From Lama guanicoe (taxonomy: Eukaryota): a stretch of 64,000 nt of DNA. Shown here one piece after another: positions 53,468 through 64,000 of the stretch. Each line of letters starts with the position of its first letter. Positions within the stretch are counted from its first letter, which is position 1. The stretch spans positions 1,161,146-1,225,145 of the forward strand of contig MU054400.1 in assembly GCA_013239625.1 (NCBI GenBank). Reading direction: 5' to 3'. The notes beneath the pieces are model-generated. The model did no database searches and was not told the origin of the DNA. It saw nothing but the letters and a program-made list of their open reading frames with translations. The position numbers and the translations under genes were made by a program.

Positions 53468-55736
53468 TACTTGCTAATGTATCTCTTCCCAGCACCAGGC
53501 ACATACATTGTAGGTGCTCAGTAAATGTTTCCTAAAATAATTAGAGACCCAAGAAACACTGGAACAGATCCCCAGTCACAATCAGGAGAGGAGGGACAGC
53601 CAACCCTGGGCCACCAGGTCAGCAACACACACACTCCAACCTCCCAGCCCAGTCCTGACTCCCACAGTCGGCATGGTTGTAAGTATGACCAAGGTCATTG
53701 GTAAGAGGTGTAAAGAGGCCTGGGGGCTTCGCTGGGCCACCCAGCAGCCCTGTCACTACCTCGCGCAATCCTCACCTGCCGCTGCCTTCTGCACCTTTAG
53801 CAAGACCTCATCATCGGCGTTTCTCTCTTCCCTCCTACTCCCTTTCTCCACGATTCAACTGTAAGACCCAGAAGCACAAGAGTTGGGTCTCAGCCTTCTT
53901 TCCCCTTGCTACTAGGGCTCAAGGAATGCAGGGCAGGTGTTAGATCCTCCAGCCCTTCCAGGAGCTGTTAGCAGCTGAATTCATGTGGATTTCATTAGAG
54001 GGTTGTTGCCCAATGAAGTGCAGAAGACTGGACGGGAAGGGGCACTGGCAAAGGTCAATGTGGATTACCAGGGTCAAGAACAGCCATCCCCAGAGGAAGG
54101 AGAGAGAAGTCACCCAGCTCTTAAACAGGCTTCCAGATGTTTTCAGTCACTGGTTCTCCGTGCAGACAGGGCAGAAGTACTAGCGAACAGGATCTTGGAG
54201 CACTGCCAGAGGCCTGAATGGTTTTGTTCCTCACCCCTCTGAGCAGCACTCTCTGAAGGAGGCCTGCTGCAGGAAGTTTTTGGAGCTTAATGTTCTCTTT
54301 TCAGGCCAGCAGGGACCACATCCCACTGATTTAATAAATGCCTGCTGGGCAGTGGTGCCAAACCACAGACTAGCTGCCTCCTAACAAGGGCTGGCCTTCC
54401 CTGTGCACTCAGCATGGGAGGCTGTGGGATCTCAAGATGCTAAGACCTCCTACAACAGAGCTGGAAGGGCCTAGAAAATGACCTGATTTTGCTGCTTATT
54501 TTTTTACCTGGGGAAATTGAGGCTTAAGAAGATAGATGGTCCTGGTGGCTGCCTGTTTGTGGGGTCCTTTGAGGATGAGGTGCCAGAGGGACTACTCTGC
54601 TTTAAAATATCTTGTATCGCTTTGGAGTCACTCCTCTGGGCCTCACAGTGTTTTCCATGAAAACACAGGTACTCTGGAGAAGCAGGGAGGAGGCGGGGGG
54701 TGGAGTTCATAAATTGCATTCAGCTGCTCACTCTGCAGGAAGAATTCACAGAAGGGTGGGACTGGGCCAGGTTACCAGAGGTGGATGAGGGCGGGAGAGA
54801 GAGGAACTGAGATTGGAATGTAGCAGGTGAGCAGGCTTCATCGTCATCACCACTTTGCTTCTGGCCACCAGGGGCTTATTCAAGAGCGGTGGGACCAAGA
54901 CCACAATTTTCCCTTCATTCTGAGGCCCTCAAGCTCCAGAGCCTCTCCTCCTGATGTAACCACCCATCCTATAAGCGCCATCCTGTTTCCCCACCTACAC
55001 CCAAAGAGGCTTTTCTTGGGGTTGCACCTGTTTTCCCCACTACTACCTGCACCACCTCAGAGTGAAGAAGCATCTCACAAACTAATCCTCACCAGGATGG
55101 TCGCTAAGTTGCCCTCTCCTAGGTGCATCTGATAGAGGCTCTGGAAAACCAAAATGCTCTCTTGACTCCCAAAAGCAATATCTTACACCCCACAGTAAAC
55201 ACTTGTTTGCGAACTGAAGACCCAAAAGAATGAAGTTATAAGGGTAGAATTTAAATTGAAAGCCTTATGGGCAGTATGGGACCCCAAGTGGAGCCCCCAC
55301 ATTTGGGGAGCAGAGGCTGACTTCTCCATCAGTCCAGCTCCTGCCCCAGCCTGTCTGCCCCTCTTCCAGAGGGGGGCAGTGCCAGCCTCGCTGCTGCCCC
55401 CTTAAGGTTGTGCTGCAGGTGCCCAGTAAGACTGGCTCTCTGCCTTCCTCCTAACCCTCCCCATTCACGTCCATTCCCCTTCTACTCTGCCTTCTGCTCA
55501 GGATTGTGTCATAGGAAGTTCTCAACAGGACCCCCTGAAGAGGGGAAGGTGGGGCTAGGGAGGGAAAAAACAACACTAGGATACTGACTACAGAGGCACA
55601 GCCTCTTCCTGTTCTTCAGACCTGGAACCCCCAGGGACAAAACCTCTTCCTCTTCAGTCTCTCCCCTCCTACCCTAACCCCACCCCCAGCCAGACTCAGG
55701 GCTTGCTACGGAAGACCAACATTTCTCCCCTCCCCT

Positions 55737-56045
55737 AATGGGTGAGGGGGTCAAAAGGTACAAACTTCCAGTTATAAAATGAATAAGTCCTGGGGATGTA
55801 ATGTACAGCATGATGACTGTAGTTAAAAATACTATATTGCATATTTGAAAGTAGATAGGAGAGTGGATCTCAAATGTTCTAATCACAAGAAAAAAAAATT
55901 TTTTTTCTGTAATTGTGTATGGTGATGGCTGTTAACTGGACTTATTGTGTTGATCATTTAGCAATATATACAAATATCAAATCATTACATTGTATACCTG
56001 AAACTAATATAATGTTATGTCACTGACACCTCAATTAAAAAAAAG
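55737..56045 (+). mobile_element. L1 3' end (L1MA9-like)
   Basis: gtcaaaaggtacaaacttccagttataaaatgaataagtcctggggatgtaatgtacagcatg...cctgaaactaatataatgttatgtc plus A tail. Confidence 0.85.
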
Positions 56046-57894
56046 AGAGAGAAGAAAGAACATCAGTCTTTTCCTGTATAGCCCATTAAAATGGTAAAGT
56101 ACATTGGGAAAAAAATAATGTCTCCCTCCACCACACTGCTGGAAAGATCCCTGGGTGTGATGAAGCAAATGGCTAGCCTTAAGATAAAAACTAGGTTGTT
56201 CCTTGGGACCTGGGGTGTGTACCAGAAAGGGGAGGGTGTCAGCAGGAGTCCCACTGAGTCTGACAATGGCAGGAAAGGAAATCACCCAGTTGCCACTGTA
56301 GTTTTCTTCAAGGCTGTGTCTGGGCAGGCCCCCCCTTGCAGGGATGGGCTGTGCAGCTGTTCCAAGAACTGAAGGTAGCAGTTCTTCAAAATATACTTAT
56401 AAGTATGTGAGCATGAGCAAAACAGAAACAGAGCTGCAAAAATGATTCAGATCTTAGAGGTCTTGAACACCAGAGCTAGAATTTCTCCCTAAATGACATG
56501 ATTGAATTTCAGAAAGATTTTCTTGGCTGCCATGTGGATTGAATTGAAAGGTTTGAGACTGGAGTAGGAGTCCACTGCAATGGTTGAGGCTAGAATTGAT
56601 AAGACCTGATATGGGATAGTGGCCAGGGGTTGGAGAGGTAAACACTGTCATTGGACTTGAGGAGAGAAGGGAACAGAAAGCTCAGTGAGGGGAACTGGCA
56701 GAAGAAGACTTGCTCTGGAGCCAGCCAGGGTGAGGGATACTTCACTCAAATCTGGGGGAACAAGAGCAAAGATCCTCTTAAAAAACATATCTGGATCTTA
56801 GAGAGAGGGCTTGGCCAGGGTTCAGCAGATTCATATAGCACTGGAAGGGAAACTGAGGCAGACTCTTAGGGTGCACATGGTTACAGAATGGGGGTGGTAG
56901 GCCTCGGTCTCAGATTTCCCACAGTGGTCACTCAGTCCCTCCTTATCACCTCTGGAGAAGGGAGCATCCCATTATTGCATGCCAGTCTCTGCACCTCCAC
57001 CTCCCAGCCCAGGGGTACAGAAAAGACCAATGGGGAATTCTGGCCATGACAAGGCTGCTGGAAGTGCCATGGAGGAGGGGCAGCCCTTCCTCTCCACCCA
57101 GATGTGCAAAGAGACAGAGATAAATCTGGAATGTACAAGACATGCTGGCAGGGATTGGAGGGGGTGGACAAGGCTCGGAGAGGGCAGAGTTTTGGGCATC
57201 CTAGCAAATATAGGGGTAGAGACAGCTTCTAGCCCAGTTCCTACTCCCCACCATCTCCAAAACCAGTTCTTTCTCATGGTTCCTACCATTCCAGCCAGCT
57301 CCCCACCAACTTCTTGAACCTCTCTTTTTTGTTGTCATGGGGGAAGGGGAAACACTCCCTGGCCTAGAATCAGGCCCATTGGGTGGCAGCTTCAGAGACA
57401 CACATTTTAGCTGGCTCCCCAACCTTAGATGTATACAGGCCAGGGCTGGGCCACACTGTTGGAAGATGGGTGAATGCTGGGTGGGAGATTCTGGGCATCT
57501 AGATGCAGAACACCAGGTTCCAGTCCAGTTTTGGTTACTAACCTGCTGTGTGACTCAGGACAGTGTCTTCCTATCTCAGTGTTTTCTGTTGATTCACCTG
57601 CACTTTTGTGATTAACTAAATCGATAGCAGAGGCCAGACTAGAAACCAGATCACAAGCCAAGGGCCAGCTGGCTGGGATTTGGCCAAACAAGGGCACTCT
57701 TCCCTTTGGTCCTGCCCCAGCACACAGTGAGTGCTCAGTGGGCACGATGCGTCCCCTCCCCGATCTAGGCTGCCTGCCCTCAGTGCCCTTCTAAAGGGTA
57801 CTGCTCCTCCATGCCAGGTGAGTTGGGCCTTACAGATTACTTTATCCGCCCGCCATGTCATCTCTGACAGCACACACTGCTTGGTGCTGGGCTG

Positions 57895-58098
57895 TAGAAC
57901 TTAATTCAACTATGGAAATGTTCTATAATCTGCACAGTCCAACATGTTAACCACTAGTCACGCATGGTTTTTGAACACTTGAAATGTGGCTAATGTGCCT
58001 GAAAAACTGGATTTATAATTATGACTCATTTTAATTAATTTAAAAAATAAATTTAAGAAGTGACATGTGGCTAGAGGCTACTATACTGGACAGCACAG
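57895..58098. mobile_element. MER3-like hAT-Charlie DNA transposon
   Basis: ggaaatgttctataatctgc...cacttgaaatgtggctaatgtg...catgtggctagaggctactatactggacagcacag. Confidence 0.75.
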
Positions 58099-58734
58099 GT
58101 TTTAGGCAGAATTTTTCTTTGTTCCTTGTTTAGAATATAGAGTTGATAGCAATTACCATTTACTGAGCACTTAACTCTTTGCCAATTTTTACATAAGTAC
58201 TTTACAAATCCATCTCAATGAATCCGAGAAATTCCATTTTAAAGATGAAGAAACCAAGGCCTGAGAGGTTAGTTAGGTAAGCTGGCTTCAGATTGTATAG
58301 AAAGTGGACAGCCATTTAAGTGTGAGTCATGTTCCCCAGCTATTTAAGGAAACTTCCAGGACCCAGTCTGGGTGTCCTCCTCCTCCAGTCACTCCACAGC
58401 CCATGGCTGTGCACCAGCACCCAAGGAGGCTCACCACTGAATACAGATTAGTAAATGCTCTCAACAAAAAGGAGAGGAAAGCTACTGCCATTTACTCCCC
58501 ATTTCCTGGGGACTCCTGGCTCCTGACATTCCACCTTCAGATGTCTCTTCTCTTACCTTTCTCCTGGACCACAGTATCCCTTGGCTCACAAACTCAGAAC
58601 TCAACTGGGTGCTACGTGCAGTTATTTGGGAAGAGGGTGTCACATGCAGGCCCAGAGGAAGCCAGCTGGGTTGGGAGCGGGGGCCTGGAAAAATCCACAT
58701 AGTTTTTAAGCAAGAAAACAAACAAAAAAATACT

Positions 58735-58920
58735 ATTATAATAACTAACTTTTATTGAGCACCTACTTGTGCCAGGCACTTTACATACATCTATGTTTAT
58801 AATTCCCACAACAACCTGGGAGGTAGGCATTATTATCACCATTTTACATATGAGGAAACTGAGGCTCAACAAGGTTAAGCAGCTTACTCAAGGCCACACA
58901 GCTTGAGATGAGTGGTAGAG
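58735..58920 (-). mobile_element. MIR
   Basis: tttattgagcacctacttgtgccaggcacttt...cattttacatatgaggaaactgaggctc. Confidence 0.82.
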
Positions 58921-59337
58921 TTATCTTGGTGAGTGCCCTTAAACTTTCATTAGCATTCTTCACACTGAGAAGATAGAGGAGGTGGAGGAGCGGGCAAAGA
59001 GATGCATTCTCTAGGGGGTAAGGGACTGATTCTGCTGTCCAAGCTAATGAGGGAAGCTGAACCTTGCCCTGTTTCCCACCTTCCCCCTCTGGCAAACCAC
59101 TCCTTCCCCAGACTGAGCTGCAAAGTCAGAAAGAACTCACTCTGGCTAAGGCTGCTCTTCTTAGAAAGGGAAAATGGCTGAAATGAAAGATCTTACTCTG
59201 TATGTATATTTATAGGTATCAACTGTGTGGTAGTTTGTGTGCATACCACCACCAGAATAAGAACATCACTCCCTTTTAAGCCATACTTCTGCCACGAGTG
59301 CAGAGAGCGAGGCAGCCGAGGAATCTGTAAAGGGCTG

Positions 59338-59343
59338 TTTATT
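59338..59343 (-). terminator. MYORG: Candidate MYORG polyadenylation signal
   Basis: AATAAA on the minus strand about 1 kb after the stop. More distal sites are possible. Confidence 0.4.
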
Positions 59344-59481
59344 TCCTACTAGAGTCCCATGGACATCACCTAGGAAGGGGCCAGCTCAATAATCAAACCC
59401 TCATATCTGCTCCCTGCCCCTGCAGGCTTATGCAGCCTCTGAGGTACTATGTTCATTCCATAGATCCAGGTACACATGATG

Positions 59482-59519
59482 CCTCTCTCTCTTTCCCTCC
59501 CTCCCTCTCTCTGTCTCTG

Positions 59520-59554
<35 letters not shown>

Positions 59555-59586
59555 TACACGCAAACACACACACACACACACACACA
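59482..59586 (+). repeat. Compound (CT)n/(CA)n microsatellite, probably in the MYORG 3'UTR
   Basis: Read directly; lies between the MYORG stop and the candidate polyA signal. Confidence 0.9.
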
Positions 59587-60332
59587 GGTTCTTAAGTTAA
59601 GGCACCAAGTCCAGCCTACATGCCCTTGCAAGTCTTTGCCCATCAGGCAGTGGCCCTGGCCCAGGGCTGAACCATGTGTGTACAGATGGGTAAGTGCAGT
59701 GTCAGGAGTCTCTTTACAAATGAGGGACAACGATAATGGCTCTGTGCTCAGCCCAGTCCCCCTGTCCTCTGGGAGGGGCCTCCTGCCTCCCCGTCAGTTG
59801 ACCAAGTACCTCCATTCCTTCTCACCAGCTGCGGTGGGAACAGGTCAGCCATAGTTCACGCCAGTGCTTGGAACTCAGGGCTTTGCTTCCAACACCAAGA
59901 ATGTGCCCTTTCTAAGAGTGGCAGGGGGCTATTTTGGGATCAGAAAGAGGATCCAGTCACCACATCAGAAGGACAGAGTTGGCTACTTAGGCCAAGATGG
60001 AGGGTGAGGTTTCTCTTTGTGCTTTTAAAACCCAACCATGTTTAACAGGAAGAGAGCTGACTTTTTCCTCTGAGCTCTCTTACCCTTACCCCAGGGAAAG
60101 GGTTTCTGTAGACTGGAGTGGAGGGAAACTCCGTGCATTGCAGTGGGAAGTCACTTCAGCGTCTCCTCCCCGGGTCCTACTGGAGCTGGCCCCAGCACAC
60201 TTATGGTACCCACTTAGTGGGTGGCACCGAGGTGGGGACTTCCTGCGGATATACGGTATGGCTGTGATGGAGGATTAAAGGTCTACGCGAAGACTGCGTT
60301 AGGGCTGTGGGGCTCCTGGGTCCTGCGCAGGG

Positions 60333-62537
<2,205 letters not shown>

Positions 62538-64000
62538 TCAGGAAGGGGAAGAGAGAGGTGGAACTGAGCTTTCTCATTCCATAGTATTTCCATTTGCTGC
62601 AGCAAGAAAGAAGCGGTGTATATTTTGGGAAGGTGTATACTCGGGTGTAAGGGCTAGACTCTTACCAGGATGTTCTGTCTGCATCTTACCTACCCTTTCT
62701 CATGGGCCCCTCTGCTTGCCAAAATTAGTCAGGACTCTGAAGCAGGAGGGACAGATTGCATGCATCCCTGTTTTCCTGGTAGAGGAACAAACCCAGACAG
62801 GGTCAGGGAGCTGTCCAGGATCACAGAATTAATCATGGATCATACATTGGGGCAGTTCAGGCTGAAGAGAAGGAGAGGCACCTGGAAAGAGTCTGGTTTC
62901 CTAGAGATGTGGCCATGGTAGGAGAGGGAAGATAAACCATCCAGCTCCCTGAGACCTTTAACAGAGCAGTAGTCCCCAGAGGGGAAGAGGAGAGAGAAAG
63001 GGGAACAGTTCAGGCATGGAATTTAACCTTGAGTCAGAAGCCATATTAAATCTGGAGATAGAGAAGATACTCAAAGCCAGACTCAGTCCTAGGGCCTGGT
63101 TTGTAGAGGGGCAGGATTGGGTTTGGACATTAGGACTGGGGTCAGGAGCCTAGCATGGGGGCTGTGGTGGCTTCTCAGATCTCCCTTTCTTTGCTCTCAA
63201 ACTCCACCCTGCTCTCAGCCATCGATCACCAAATCCATTTCCCTGCTCACCTTCCTGCTCTGCTCTCTGTTACCATATCTGTCAGCCAGCTATCTATCTC
63301 CTGGCTTTGTTTTTACCCACTGTCCTGTTGCCCCTACCCTAGTTAGAGCACTGCCATTTCTCCCTTGTATCTTTGCAGCACATCCCCAAGAGGCCTCACT
63401 GCTTTCAACTTCTTTTCCCCTAATGCCTTAGGCTCACAGCAACCATAGTGATCTTTCTAAAGCACTTATCAGACTACATCTCTCCTAGTTTAGGGAGCTG
63501 CTGACGACCCCCATGATGAAGTTCAGAAGTGTAAGCTTTGCAATTGAGGCTCAAAGCATAACATGACCTTACCTGTCCTTCTGATTCCACTCTAGCCATG
63601 CCTATCCTACGACTACCAAGCTCATTCCTTTCCTAACCTCAATCCTTCAGGCCACCTGCTTTAGAAAATTTCACCCACCTCTCTTGGGCCAACTTCTCTG
63701 CTCTACCTACCAGCTCTCTGGGGATCAGACACCCCCTACTCCACATATACACTCTTACACACTGTTTGCTAAACATTCAGATATGACTGCAGAGAAACAC
63801 AGACTTGGGAGGAGGTCTGTGTCCCAATCTGCTTTTCAAGGCTACTGGCTCTTCTTGTCCCAGCCCTCAGGGCAGAGTCCAACAAAGAAACAGCACCAGC
63901 CAGGTGTATACACAGACATGTACACTGCCAGCCAGCCAGCTGCTCACCTGCTCCAGCTTGGGGGAGGGAGAGAGGGAGACTAGCAAATAGTAATTAGACT

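Noticed and set aside
55542..55564. G-quadruplex-like motif GGGG-aaggt-GGGG-cta-GGG-a-GGG
   Set aside because: Isolated intergenic motif of a very common type with no supporting context.

Overview
Mammalian genomic DNA, most likely camelid (inferred from five copies of a tRNA-Ala-derived vic-1-like SINE). It carries the conserved KIF24-NUDT2-MYORG block. KIF24 (minus strand) has a putative non-coding first exon near 41.5 kb and seven coding exons (23638 down to 213) that join in frame (1443 nt) and continue past the left edge. NUDT2 (plus strand, 147 aa, two coding exons) shares a CpG-island bidirectional promoter with KIF24. MYORG (minus strand, GH31, single coding exon, 710 aa) converges on NUDT2. 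The rest is intronic/intergenic DNA with L1, L2, MIR, LTR and DNA-transposon relics, SINEs and microsatellites. I found no convincing undescribed gene system. The best leads are regulatory and evolutionary: a CDE/CHR + RFX X-box + CCAAT promoter, a probable GC-AG NUDT2 5'UTR exon containing (AC)16, a uORF and dual-AUG start of MYORG, a 255-bp purine tract grown inside a SINE, a degenerate motif-rich repeat cluster, and several tandem duplications. Repeat subfamily names come from recalled consensus features and need RepeatMasker/Dfam confirmation.
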